Shown piece after piece: positions 1 to 12,250 of a stretch of 64,000 nt of DNA (positions are counted from its first letter, which is position 1; every line of letters begins with the position of its first letter). Source of the stretch: Tubiluchus corallicola (taxonomy: Eukaryota; Animalia; Priapulida); contig JAQGDQ010000481.1 of the NCBI GenBank assembly GCA_030141605.1, positions 62,001 to 126,000 on the forward strand, read 5' to 3'. Position numbers and translations under genes: made by a program. Below the pieces are notes generated by a model. That model did not search any database, had not been told where the DNA came from, and was given only the letters and a program-made list of their open reading frames with translations.

Positions 1-206
1 TTCGCTCTCTCTCTTCCCCCTATCTCTTTTCCTCTCACTATACTTCTCTTTCTTTCTTTCTCCTCTCTCTTTCTATCTTTCTTTCTCTTTCTCTCTCTCT
101 CCCTCTGTCTCCCTTTTTCTCTCCCACTGTTTTTCTCAGGGTCTCTCGTTCTATCTGTGTTTGTCTTTCTCTCTCTCTCTCTCTCTCTCTGTCTCTGTCT
201 CTCTCT

Positions 207-302
<96 letters not shown>

Positions 303-678
303 GTTCTCTTGGACTTATGGTCCAGTCACCACTCAACAACCGTTTACAATTGCCGACCAATTTTCTCATCCTTCCAATGACCCAGTAGAAAGGGGAAAAA
401 CAGAAATTTCTTCTGCATTTAGATGCATTAGAGTAAAGTAATTTCCATGCTGGTCATAGAATTAACCACGTTGGACCAAATTAACCGTTAGGAATTAATG
501 ATCTGTTGAAGTTGTTATTATTCGGAAAAGATGAATTTAACCATGTTGTTAACTGTAAAATATTCCAATACATACATGACTTTATATTACGTACTAAACG
601 CTTCCAGTAGTTTCTATCTGATATAAAATGCATCAGTCTTAAATATTCGTACATTAATATTTTCTAACCGTCATTTTC

Positions 679-823
679 TACTAATGTCTAATGTAATCTT
701 GTAGTAAAACTTGTCAGCTTGTGTAGTTATAGTCTATTCTTACTGTAAATGTTACTAATGTCTAATGTAATCTTGTAGTAAAACTTGTCAGCTTGTGTAG
801 TTATAGTCTATTCTTACTGTAAA
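679..823. repeat. Tandem duplication, ~71-bp unit x2
   Basis: tactaatgtctaatgtaatcttgtag...ctgtaaat occurs twice. Confidence 0.85.
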
Positions 824-892
824 TTATGTTTAAACTAAACTAAATTAACCGTTATACATTGAAGAGCAATTCAAATCGCTGTTATTGTTCTG

Positions 893-1157
893 CTTTTTAT
901 CACGATTCACTTTAAATTTTCAGATTATCTCCATATTTATTTTTTTTCTATCACTGTGTGTGACAATCTAACAAGCCCTGCTTTTTGATTGCCCGCAACA
1001 CATTTACCTTCGTGTATAAGTGAACAGTGTTTGAGGCTTTTTCTGTGCAGTATTTCTTATTTGTATTATATCCATTGTATACCCTTTCACTAGATATTTT
1101 GTATATGTAATCATTGTAAATGTGTATGGTGAAATAAATGACTTATGACTTATGACT
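893..1157 (+). mobile_element. LINE 3' UTR fragment with AATAAA and (TGACTTA)n tail
   Basis: Near-identical to 22597-22833; ends aataaatgacttatgacttatgact. Confidence 0.65.
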
Positions 1158-1170
1158 ATTGTTGTTGCAG

Positions 1171-1276
1171 TTCTTCCAGACCTGAACAGTTGATTTATAA
1201 TTCTACAGCAATTTCTGGAGAAGATCAAGTCTTTGGTCTAAGAAACTACACCGCAGAATTCATTCACACGTACGAG
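1171..1276 (+). CDS. Integrin alpha exon (SSRPEQLIYNST...FIHTYE)
   Basis: ttgcag acceptor, gtaagt donor, open frame (1 nt + 35 codons). Confidence 0.85.
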
Positions 1277-2713
1277 GTAAGTTAGCCCAACAGCAGCTGC
1301 GTTACAGAAATGAAGATGGATTTTCCTATTATAAAGCACAAGAGAACCTTTCAATAACATAAAGTTTAAAAAATTCGTTTTGAAATTTTATATCACTTAC
1401 ATACTGCCTTTTTGCGTGCAGGACTTCAATCGGCAGTCACCCTGTATAAAACTTGTGAATTTAAACTCCCGCGATGACCGTTGGATGCAGCCATTTTGAC
1501 GACAGGTCATTTGAAACAAGTTTAGATAACATTTTGTAAAGTTTGAAAAAATAATCAGAGCATTCGTAGCGCGCAAGTCACTAACTAATAAAATTCAAAA
1601 TTACTGTATCTTGTCAATAAGATTAAAAATAAGTTTTTTGGTTAGTGAGTGGTGCACCCTGGAGGGTGAGTCAGCGACATTTTACCAACTGGTGAAAACA
1701 TTTTTAAATAATTAATAATTTTCTTTTCTAGTTACATAAATCTCTCTAGCAGGTAATCGAAAATCTAAGTAATATAGATTTGCAAGGAAAGTCTTTTGAG
1801 ACATAATTTAACATTGCCTTTTCTTCCCTTGATTTACGTTTGGTGCATGACGTCATGTAATGGCGACTTCGGAACAGTATTGCGGGAGATTTAAAATGAA
1901 AACAAACAAAAATTCCTTTCAACGCGAGTAAGATATACGCATAAAATTGCTATAAAGTAATATAATTTTTAAGGCGATTTTTCTGAAACTTACTTCAGGT
2001 ACCCCTTTTCTTGTCCTTTAAGTTTTTATTGCTTCTTCTAAAACTATACTATGAGTTCCTCCCACTGGAAATGGAAAGTTCTTGTGTACCTCTGGCCAAC
2101 CGTAAAACCCTTGCCAATAAGCATTTACTGTCAAAAGTGCTTCGTTTCGACATTGTTATGGTGTTTATATTTTTATTCCTTTTGTTGTTTGTGTTTTTAT
2201 TGTCGCTGTCGACGTGTTAGTTGTCACTGATGTTGATGCTAGTGTTGCTGTGCCTCCAAATGTTTGTCTTATAATAATCAACATTTTTTCCAGGTTTATA
2301 ATCGAGGACCAAGTCTTGTCAACTCTTCCACGCTGACGATTCGATTTCCCTACAAAACGCAACAGGACGACGAGTTGACGGTATTCACCAAAGCTCTAGA
2401 GATACGACCATTTAACTATTCTCTGTCATGCAATGACAGTTCGTACGATGATCCATCGTCAGAAGAAGCCACACCCGATCTTACTGTAGCCACCACAATG
2501 TTGGACAATTCTGTACTGGTGAGTCATCATAATGAGTACAAAGATGTTTTAACATAATAACAAAATTGTTTATCCAAAAGCCGACTTAAAATAAAAATTT
2601 TCGTAATTGTTATTGTTGTTGTTGTTGCTGCTGTTGTTGCTGTTGTTGCTGCTGTTGCTGCTCTTGCTGTTGTTGCTGCTGTTGCTGCTGTTGCTGCTGC
2701 TGCTGCTGCTGCC

Positions 2714-2751
<38 letters not shown>

Positions 2752-2838
2752 AAGAGTAAGAGTATTGGTGATGGTGGTGGTGGTGGCGGTGGCGGTGGCG
2801 GCAGTGGCTGCGGCTGCGGCTGCGGCTGCTGCTGCTGC

Positions 2839-2914
<76 letters not shown>

Positions 2915-5900
2915 ATTATTAATGTTATTATTGTAAGACAGGCAGGCAGTAAAATGTAAAGTGAGGAACAATTTTCTATTATAATTTAGTTTTACATAAA
3001 TTAGACCGAAATCAGCTCAAATTATGCGAAAGTTGTTGAGTTTCAAAACCAGGGAAGCACAATGGGCTGTGAGAAACCCTGTCTAACGTTATTAACTTTT
3101 CCAAGTAAAAAAAAAACAATTTGAACAAGTTGACACCATAAGTATCCCTGTAGTGTGGCATGGGTACAGGTGGCGCTGTTGGACAGTATGCTACAAGGAG
3201 AAAGCCTTGGACCTGTTCTGTCATGTTGGACTGGTAACTCAGCGTACTAATCCCAGGCTTCGGTTCAAATCCCGACTAGTTCAAAATTTTTCAGTGTCTC
3301 CTTTCATTTCCTTCAACTCATTATCTATAATTGTTGGAAAATAAACACATTGTGATATTCCCATTCTTAATCTAATTAACGACATCATTAATTACCAGTT
3401 AATCTGAAAGACGTTGATACCACAAAAAGTAAGTGTCTCATTGCAATGGTTCTGTAATGACTCCAAAGAACAGACGTGTGTAAACAAGCAGCATTATTCA
3501 CCTGTTACTTCATACCAGAAGATTCTCAGGTGAATTTAAACAACGTTAATATAACATCAAACAAAGAACTTATATATATGTTATTATATGTATATATTTA
3601 TTATATATACAGAAACAATCGTGGTAAGTACAGTTTTGTTTGTAAACGTAGTTAAAGGAAGAGAGGATGATTTTTCATATATTACCCCATTTTCAGGTAC
3701 GTTTAAAAGTATTCATTTGCACAATTGATTGTGCAAAAGCATTTCTGATAATTAAATAATAGATTAAAATCTTAATTGACGGCGGGCGAGCCCGGCTTTT
3801 GATGATATAACAAACTAACATAATTTTCAACAGCAAAAATATTCCACGAGCGTGTTCCATGTGTTTGCGACAGTCAAAATTGAAGTGCAGTGATTTAGTG
3901 TGTTGTACTAAACTAGGCAAGTTTTAAGATAAAAATTCAAATTTCAAATTTACCACTGTGCTCACGCATGAGCTGTCGAACATGTGTAGTTCGTCACATA
4001 CTAACACATCTGAACTGAGAGATACAGCACCTGTTTTTTGTGCAATGCGTTTCTGATATCCAGGCGCTAGTGCCCGTTTAACTAGGGAATGGCGAAATGC
4101 ATGTAACAGCCAAGAACTAGTGGCACGAACGTAAAACTGTGTTTGTGTGGTAATAATTCTTTCACGTAAGTCATTTTTGAGAAAAATAGTTTGTTTCGTT
4201 TCTATGTTTTAAAGAGCAGACTGGTTGGACCTGCAGGCCGATAATTCTGCACTGTATCATGATATAAGGGCATATATACAACACGGTCCCTTAATACATG
4301 TACCACAAACTTGTTTATAAAACATTTTCGCAATTATTTATAAATACAGTATAAATTATTATTTATTTATTATATTATTTATAAAAAACAGTATGTTTCC
4401 TCTCAATATTTTAAAGAGTAGATTGTATTGACCTACAGTTTAAGATTGGATCCAATTTTGCTTTAAGCGGAAACAGTAACTGAACGATTGCAACTTTAAC
4501 TTTGATCAGAATCTCCAAAAAAATGAAGTTTAATGAAACTATGAAACATGGAGAAAATAATAAACATGGCAAATTTTTCGTCTTTTTTTAATCATAGATG
4601 TCGCTTGCATTACTTTCATAATTTAATCAAGAGTGCCCTGCAACGAGCCAATATTTTTTTATAATTTCAGAACTGCACAACAGTAAAATGTGTAACGTTT
4701 ACGTGTACAGTGGCGCCCCTAGCGGCAGGTTATAACGCTTTTGTAAGGATCACTGCTCGTCTAAACGAAACTGTCCTTCTCCAACTCGGTGTAAGTATTT
4801 CTTATTGAAGCTAATGTTTGTTTAATTTCAATATGTTATAAATTAGAAACCCACTGCATAAATCATTAGTTGAGGTTTCACAGGGTGTTTTTTTATATTT
4901 AACATTTTATTTAATACGAACCGTGCTTTACAAATGACAAAAACCAAGACATTTAACCCTTATAGGGTCACCGGGGGGTAAAAATTACCCCCAGACCGGT
5001 TTTTTGCATTTTACCCTTTTACCCAGTAAACCTTTCTATGACCTTTTCTAAATATGTTTTGTGCACAAAATACTTTTAGTTATTTATTTTAGGCGCATTG
5101 TCTCACCACGAAATAAAAGTGAAAATGCAATATGTCGATTTTTTAAAATTGTCGAAACTTTACTTCGCTTGTCTATACATTATACGGGCGATGTATCTGA
5201 TAAAACAAAATGTCAGTTACTCAAATTACTCCACCTAAAAGAAGAAAGTAGTAGACAATAAATTCAAAATAACAATGATTTTTGCACATGTGCTAGCAAT
5301 GTCGGTTGTCTACAGTTATTCCAGCATAGACAAGGGAACGTAACTAAGTGAATTTAAATTTTGTATTACTAGTAAGTCACGTGTCTTTAAGCAGAGGTAT
5401 AATGTATCCTATGGTGGTCAGCATAACCACATATTATGCTGTTGCTGCTTACTAATGAAACACGGCGGTTTATCAAAAGTAATTTACGAATTATGGTGGG
5501 GGTAATTTTTTACCCCCCCGGTTACCAAAATCGGTTGTAAAAAATCGGGACCCTATAAGGGTCAAAATAACAATACAAACAAATACATGCGCTATTGACT
5601 GCCAGTGAATGCCATTAATTGTAATCAGTAATATGCATTAACTACATTCAACTTTTTCAACTTTTTCAACGTTTTCAACTTTTTCTAGCATCCCAAGTTT
5701 GGCACCTACACATTTTGCTTCGTCATGGCGGGTGGTATTCCACTGTGGGTGTGCGCTCATGTAAAAAACGTATAAAAAAGCTAAATCAGGCGACATCTAG
5801 CGTGACAGGAAAGAAAGAAAAAGCAACAAGAAATTAATTAATAGGTGAACAGAAGAAGATTGAAGCTTAAAAATGCACCAAGTCGAAGACGTTTTACATG

Positions 5901-8875
5901 TGAAGGGCCAAATAAATAGGTGACGTCACCGAACATCTAAGGTTGTTTTTTAAAAAGGATTTACAGGAAAAAAGATTTGGGAAACTTCTAAAAGATGTCG
6001 CTAGCATCCACGCCTCACGGTGAACTAAATTAAAAACAAGCCAAGTTATGGTTAATCGTTAAAATCAACTGCTCTTATATTAAATGTTCGTGGGTCAGAA
6101 GAAGACAACTGAGCAGCGCCGTCTGTTGGGTGAAACTTGCTAAATTGCTTCAAATTAATTCAAAATATGTATTTTTTATTTCCATAGCTGAATGCAAAGG
6201 CCCACCTGGTGAGCGAGGCAAGAGTTATTGTGACGGATGACGTCAGACAGTCAGGTTCTGAAAGTGGCTTCATTACCACGTCTACAGCACTGGTTTGTAT
6301 TACCAGTAATCATATTGGTATTGTCAGTTGTTGAAACATGGCTTCTCTGTTTGAAATTTGTTTATTCATTCAAGGAATTAAGGTCCATAATAAAAGAATT
6401 CATTCACTGGGATTATTTAGATCACTCCATTAGGAAAGTATTAAAAATGACAAACTTTTCCACATGCTTGCTTTACTTACAAATATATATGAACAAAGAC
6501 TTTTGCTAAAATTCACGATAACACTAGGATAAATTTTGCCTGAGTTATACATGTATATAAATATATATACATATGTATACGTGAGCAAAAGTTTATATTG
6601 TTTTAGACAGATGGATGAAAAAATGAATAGACTAGAGACGATGTAATAAGAAACATAAGGAAGAAAGGAAAATGGAAGAGCAAATGAATAGAGTGCAAGA
6701 CAAACTCATCAATTTAGAAGTGGTGTATCTAAGTTTTTAGTATGCTTGTTTACATGACTGGTATAGGAAGTCATTGAGCGCTCTATACGGTATTGTTTTT
6801 CTTACCATATCAAATTGAAATGTGAACGAGGCATTACTCGTTTTGATAGGTAACTGAAACAAGTAGAGAAATAGTCGAGCCAGTTCAGCCATGGATTGTT
6901 GGCGTTTCTGCAGTTGCTGGAATGGTGCTTCTGATAATACTAGTTCTTGTCTTACTCAAGGTAGGCCATTATAATTACTAATTTAAATTAATCCTCGTAA
7001 TTTTGTATTGAGTTGCTTGAGTTTAAAATCATTTCATAGTAGCTAGCATGTAGTACTAAAAGTAGTTTGCAGAAAATAATTTTTTACTTTATTTTGCTAA
7101 TTGTTGGTTAGTTCATAAAGTCCACGCCAATCCAGCCTATTCTGTTCCTGTCCAGTCTAGTCCATTTAACTCCACTAACACAGTTCACTTTAGTGCAGTG
7201 CAGTCTAGTCCACGAAGTCTATGACCAGGCCATTCTGGTCCTGTCCAGTCTAGTCCATTTAACTCCACTAACACAGTTCGCTTTAGTGCAATGCAGTCTA
7301 GTCCACGAAGTCTATGACCAGGCTATTCTGCTCCTGTCTAGTCTAGTCCACGAAGTCTATGACCAGCCTATTCTGTTCCTGTCCAGTCTCGTCCATTTAA
7401 CTCCACTAACCTAGTTCACTTCAGTGCAATGCAGTCTAGTCCACGAAGTCTATGACCAGCCTATTCTGTTCCTGTCTAGTCTAGTCCATTTAACTCCACT
7501 AACCTAGTTCACTTCAGTGCAATGCAGTCTAGTCCACGAAGTCTATGACCAGCCTATTCTGTTCCTGTCCAGTCTAGTCCATTTAACTCCACTAACCTAG
7601 TTCACTTCAGTGCAATGCAGTCTAGTCCACGAAGTCTATGACCAGCCTATTCTGTTCCTGTCTAGTCTAGTCCATTTAACTCCACTAACCTAGTTCACTT
7701 CAGTGCAATGCAGTCTAGTCCACGAAGTCTATGACCAGCCTATTCTGTTCCTGTCCAGTCTAGTCCATTTCACATTAAGCTGATTTCGTTTAGTTCAGTT
7801 CAGTGGAGTCAAGTTCAACTCATGCCAATCCAGTCAGATCCAGTTCAGTGGAGTCAAGTTTAACTCATGCCACTCCAGTCAGATCGAGTTCAGTGGATTC
7901 AAGTTCAACCCATGCCAATCCAGTCAGATCCAGTTCAGTGGAGTCAAGTTCAACCCATGCCAATCCTGTCAAATCCAGTTCAGTTCCTACCCCACTTCAT
8001 TTACACGGTTTAGTCTAGTGGTAACGCGTCCGCTTTCCGTTTGGGAGGTCATGAGTTCGATACAACGGCCGGGTCATACCAAAGACTTTAAAAATGGTAC
8101 CTGATGTTGCCCTGCCTGGCACTTGGGGTAAAATTGGGGTAATAACAATCTCTGTTATGTAGTTGTAGTTTGTTAATTACAGTCGGTCCAAAAGCTCTCT
8201 GGAGCTTATGTTAATTATTCATGGAAAAAGCTGACTTTAAATAAAGATTATTATTATGATTTGTGAGAGACTACTACTTCATGATGCCCGAAGTCAAAAA
8301 ATTCATGTTTGAGTAGCTTTATTACGTTTTATCTGTAAGAAAAATCATAACAAAATATAACAAACTAATTTGAGCCAAAAAAGAAACAAATAACTTAATA
8401 ATATGAGACTGAATAAACTTACATCATGGCTCTACTACTTTTGACAAATGAATGGTTTAACTGAGACAAACAACAACAACAACAATGACTCTCTTAGCCA
8501 AGAACAGACTACCAACAGACCAGGTAAACTAGCTCTGTCAGCAGAGCATAACAGAAAGAAGCCAAGTCAAGACATACATGAATGCAGTTAAAAGGACAGT
8601 ATGGGGGGGGGGGTTACAGAAAGAGAGAACACTGAAGTAATAAAATAACCTCAAATCCTTCACATGATTATTCCAGGCCAACTCAATCAAGAAGAAAAAA
8701 TTCTTTTCAGTTTTCGATTGTTTTTCAGTGTGGATTCTTTAATCGCAAGAAGAAGACGGAATTGGACAGTATGCGTCAGAGTGTGAAGAGTAAACAGAGT
8801 TATGGTTCGGATTCTAGTCAGAAAGAAACACGACCTCTTTCATTGTACGCCGATGTTAAAGAAGCTGATGATTAA
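1171..8875 (+). CDS. Integrin alpha subunit, 3' part (calf-2, TM, cytoplasmic tail); 5' exons lie upstream of the window
   Basis: Six phase-compatible GT-AG exons: 1171-1276, 2294-2518, 4671-4790, 6188-6292, 6850-6960, 8729-8875. They give SSRPEQL..HTYE|VYNRGPS..|NCTTVKCVTFTC..|..|PWIVGVSAVAGMVLLIILVLVLLK|CGFFNRKKK..stop. HxYE/V-N-GPS, the Cys pattern and TM+KxGFF(K/N)R are integrin-alpha hallmarks. Confidence 0.93.
2294..2518 (+). CDS. Integrin alpha exon (VYNRGPSLVNSSTLTIRFP...DNSVL)
   Basis: ttccag acceptor, gtgagt donor, lies in ORF 2264..2557; NxGPS calf-2 motif. Confidence 0.9.
3656..4462 (+). mobile_element. Non-autonomous DNA transposon, TTAA-flanked (Kolobok-like) family 1
   Basis: TTAA|AGGAAGAGAGGATG...GGATCCAATTTTGCT|TTAA. 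Related copies at 12873-13361(-), 34093-34454 and 61131-61708; partial copies at ~25165-25367 and ~31925-32118. Confidence 0.7.
4671..4790 (+). CDS. Integrin alpha exon (NCTTVKCVTFTCTVAPL...LLQLG)
   Basis: tttcag acceptor, gtaagt donor, 40 codons, calf-2 cysteine pattern. Confidence 0.9.
4957..5561 (+). mobile_element. piggyBac-like MITE family A
   Basis: TTAA|CCCTTATAGGGTC...GACCCTATAAGGG|TCAA; near-identical copy at 62328-62939. Confidence 0.8.
6188..6292 (+). CDS. Integrin alpha exon (LNAKAHLVSEARV...TSTAL)
   Basis: ttccatag acceptor, gtttgt donor, 35 codons, phase 0/0. Confidence 0.75.
6850..6960 (+). CDS. Integrin alpha transmembrane exon
   Basis: VTETSREIVEPVQPWIVGVSAVAGMVLLIILVLVLLK; tttgatag acceptor, gtaggc donor. 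Confidence 0.92.
7132..7985. repeat. Minisatellites: ~93-bp unit (7132-7770), then ~60-bp pentamer-based unit (7795-7985)
   Basis: ccacgaagtctatgacc recurs every 93 bp; agttcagtggagtcaagtt repeats. Confidence 0.9.
8005..8125 (+). mobile_element. tRNA-derived SINE 5' part (probable MetaSINE core)
   Basis: A-box (tagtctagtggt) and B-box (gagttcgatac) followed by ggtcataccaaagactttaaaaatggtacc, recalled as Meta-domain consensus. Confidence 0.6.
8729..8875 (+). CDS. Integrin alpha last coding exon (cytoplasmic tail)
   Basis: CGFFNRKKKTELDSMRQSVKSKQSYGSDSSQKETRPLSLYADVKEADD-TAA after tttttcag. Confidence 0.92.
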   Translation, partial: CGFFNRKKKTELDSMRQSVKSKQSYGSDSSQKETRPLSLYADVKEADD

Positions 8876-8999
8876 CATCCCCTCGCCCGCCCTTCAGTAG
8901 TCGAAATGAAGCTGTTGGCAATAGAAAGATCAGTAGCGCATAAAAGCTAAATACAGGACACCGAGAGCTTAGATTTACTTTGTCACCTTAATGTACTTA

Positions 9000-9140
9000 T
9001 TTCGTCTTTAATGTGTTTATGCAAATTTCAGTTGCAAGTTTTTCTACATAACCAAACTGATTAGGAGTTGTTGGAATATACTGTTTGTATCTGTTAAGTA
9101 ATAATATTTTGCTGGCAATAGAAGCTACTGCAATTGGCAA
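9000..9140 (-). mobile_element. LINE reverse-transcriptase fragment
   Basis: PIAVASIASKILL..NQFGYVEKLATEICINTLK resembles RT motifs (RPI....SK; QFGF...ST). Confidence 0.55.
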
Positions 9141-9141
9141 G

Positions 9142-9306
9142 TGAGAGAGAGAGAGAGAGAGAGAGAGACGGAGAGAGAGGGGGAGAGAGAGAGGGAGGGA
9201 GAGAGAGAGGGGGGGAGAGAGAGCGAGGGAGAGAGAGAGGGGGGAGAGAGAGCGAGAGAGAGAGAGAGAGAGCGCGCACGAGAGAGAGAGAGTGAGGGAG
9301 AGAGTG

Positions 9307-9344
<38 letters not shown>

Positions 9345-9345
9345 G

Positions 9346-9404
<59 letters not shown>

Positions 9405-9450
9405 GGAAAGAGAGGGAGAGAGCGAGGGAGAGGCAGGGAGAGGGAGAGAC

Positions 9451-9519
<69 letters not shown>

Positions 9520-9553
9520 AGGGAGGGAGGGAGAGGCAAAGAGAGGGAGAGAC

Positions 9554-9622
<69 letters not shown>

Positions 9623-9663
9623 AGGGAGGCAGGGAGAGAGGGAGAGAGGGAGAGAGGGAGAGA
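9142..9663. repeat. (GA)n / G-rich microsatellite
   Basis: Direct inspection. Confidence 0.95.
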
Positions 9664-10327
9664 GCTAAATACAGGACACCGAGCTCAACATTTACTTTGT
9701 CACCTTAATATACTTATTTCCATTTCATCAGCTACTGTATGATATTTATGCATTTTATTGGACGGCATGGAGCTCTAGAAACAACTCTTGAAATACGTGT
9801 AGATGCCTGTTTTTAAAATTCGCAAATTTATATTAACTTATAAAATCTCATTTGAGGTTCATTCTTTTAAATATTACGAGAATTTTTGAAGTATCTGATA
9901 CATATAGTAGGCTGTACAATGCTTTACATATTGAGGCGTATTTCTTGTTAAATGAAACAATTATGTTCGTAAGTAGTTAAAATAACAGCTATCATAGAAG
10001 GTGATATTTGTCCTATATAAATAATGTATTAACTTTTATATATATTATCGTATGAAGACTATTTTTATGTTTATGTGTTACAAAATATTTTTACAGAGGA
10101 GGTTTTGCTTGTTCTTGTTTTTGGAAATTTTTGTCAGTGTGTTAGTATTTGAACGACATCAATTGTTCAAGGGTAAAAGACAGGGTAAGCCCTGGGCAAA
10201 GCAATGCATGGGACCCCTGTTACCTACACCCCCCTTCCACAGTCTAGGAACGTATGTGCCAATATATATGGTTGGCAATATTGAGGATAGCAGCAGTGGA
10301 TAACGATTTTCGATTATCGTAGGACAT

Positions 10328-10876
10328 TTGTTGTTGGCATCCTTCTGTCTCGGAAGACAAAGGAGTGTGCGCTAAGAGAGTCAGTTATTGATCACATTGA
10401 TGGAGCTGCAGCGTCGACTGTGGCTGAGCAGTGCGATTCTTGAACGTCTCCAGGGGACACGCCTGGGCAAAGTGTATGGAGATCCTGAGTTGCCCAGACA
10501 ACAGGAACCCCCTCTCTTCCTCCCTGGTGTAGTCCAAAGGAGAGCGGAGCGATACGTTTGGCACCAGGTTGGCTGCAGGAGCTGCCGGAGTCAGTGAGCA
10601 TGCTGCACTGGTCCACTTTCGGGGATCCACTCCTGATTTGGTAAGTTTACTCCTCTACACATGGCCATAGGGTCACTTGACCTCCTCCGCCCTCTAGCCG
10701 TTGGCTGCTTGTGCAGGTCCTCTGCCTAGTGTCGAGATACAGTGTGGGCATCCCGCAAGCCTACAGCACCTGGTATTCCTAGGCAGTCACCCATCCAAGT
10801 ACTAACCAGGCTCTACGTTGCTTAACTTCGGTGATCAGACGAGAACCGGTGTTTTCAACGTGATATGGTCGTAGTT
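10328..10876 (-). mobile_element. 5S rRNA-headed SINE (SINE3) with Deu/Nin-like core and RTE-derived 3' tail
   Basis: On the minus strand: 120-nt 5S head, a GC-rich core (tgcagccaacctggtgccaaacgtatcgctc), then a tail encoding SRIALLSHSRRC (RTE ORF C-terminus-like) ending ggatgccaacaacaa. A second, head-less copy is at 48485-48871. Confidence 0.8.
10757..10876 (-). rRNA. 5S rRNA-derived sequence (SINE head / pseudogene, not a functional 5S gene)
   Basis: Reverse complement reads ctacgaccatatcacgttgaaaacaccggttctcgtctgatcaccgaagttaagc...ttagtacttggatgggtgac...ggtgctgtaggctt. No oligo-T terminator follows; it continues into the SINE body. Confidence 0.8.
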
Positions 10877-11387
10877 GATAGAATTCAATTCAATATTATT
10901 AATTCATATTACAATCTCAGCTAGATTGTGCACATACATTATTGGACGTACTGTAGGACTACGTGAAAATTCCTACACACATTTTATTCAAATAACATTT
11001 ATCACCAAGCGACTGGCACCATAGAGACGGACGCGCTATTCCTCTGTCTAAATTATTGATATAGGCCAATCGAAACTCCTATAATAGCAACTGTTGTTTA
11101 CTGCATAGCAATGGCAGATGTAGTGTAGATTGTTTCAAAAGTGAAAGTGACAAAGTTGAATTATTTTTATTCAAAAGAACGTCTTCCATTTAGTAAGAAT
11201 TCCATCGAAGTTAAGCAGTCTTGTGCTTGTGTAACATCAACAGAAAACGTTTAACAAAGAATGTTATTTAAATGCTTATTTCTATATTGTAAAAAATACG
11301 CGTCTTTGACCATCGTGATGAGAACAACGAGGACGTCTACAGATTTATTCTCCATTTCAGGAAAAAAATCGTCTGTATCGTCACGTA

Positions 11388-11945
11388 TATTATTATTATT
11401 ATTATTATTATAATTCTTTATTTAAAATTTAAAATTGTACGCATATACAAATATTTACATCAATACATACAGGGACCCTCTATTTGCAGGGTATGGTTAA
11501 AAAACTTTGTAAATAAAATAGCTGTTATATTCGCAAGACTTTTAAATACCAATAAATCAATATACCAATAAAAGAACAACTAAAATCAAATAGTACCATT
11601 TTACACAAATTTACACAAAACGACCTGTATAATATAAAAGTGACAGATATAATATAAAAGTTCAATATTTTATACTAAAGTTTGTAAAAACGAATCACAA
11701 ACTAACTCAGAGAAAGCAACTAGCAGGTTTTTGTCTCGAGAGGTATAAATTTTACTAATCTTTTGAAATTGTAGGCTATTTGCGAGCGCTAATCTTTTAT
11801 TTTCGTCCACCAAAGTACAATTAAAAAGCAAATGTTCAACTGTTTGTGCTTCCTCTGAGCATATACAGGCATTTTCGTGTATGTATCCAATTTTAAAAAG
11901 AAAATCTTGGAAGTTACCATGTCCTTGTAAAATGCTACAAGACAG
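11388..11945 (-). mobile_element. LINE 3' end (R1/I-group-like CCHC knuckle)
   Basis: Minus frame reads LQGHGNFQDFLFKIG..CICSEEAQTVEHLLFNC..stop, then aataaa and (taa)n tail. Confidence 0.7.
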
Positions 11946-11999
11946 TTTACACGTATAGTAACACTATATAAGGTTTATCAGAGGTTAACATTCAGCTTA

Positions 12000-12250
12000 C
12001 ATGACGTCAGCATTTTAATTTCATGGATAACGATGATGCATGTGCTGATTTAAACTTGTATTGCCTCCTCTTTTCTGTTATAAATTGGTTTCCTTTTAAA
12101 CAGGTCACGTGACCGGTCTTTTACCTGTACACTTACCTGTAGATTGGAGTAACTCAGGCATTCACACACTGCAGTTACAGATTGTTTAGCGTCATTCATT
12201 GATTCGTTGTTATAATTTCATAATTACACTTATAGAAGATCACCATGTAA
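12000..12250 (+). promoter_or_regulatory. Probable promoter / first non-coding exon of the tyrosine-repeat TM gene
   Basis: Perfect CRE TGACGTCA at 12002, palindromic GGTCACGTGACC at 12103-12114, Inr-like TCATT ~12192, strong donor gtaagt at 12247, acceptor ttttcag at 12430. Confidence 0.4.

Noticed and set aside
10757-10876. Functional 5S rRNA gene
   Set aside because: Single copy, substitutions at the 5' end, no oligo-T terminator, and fused to a SINE body.
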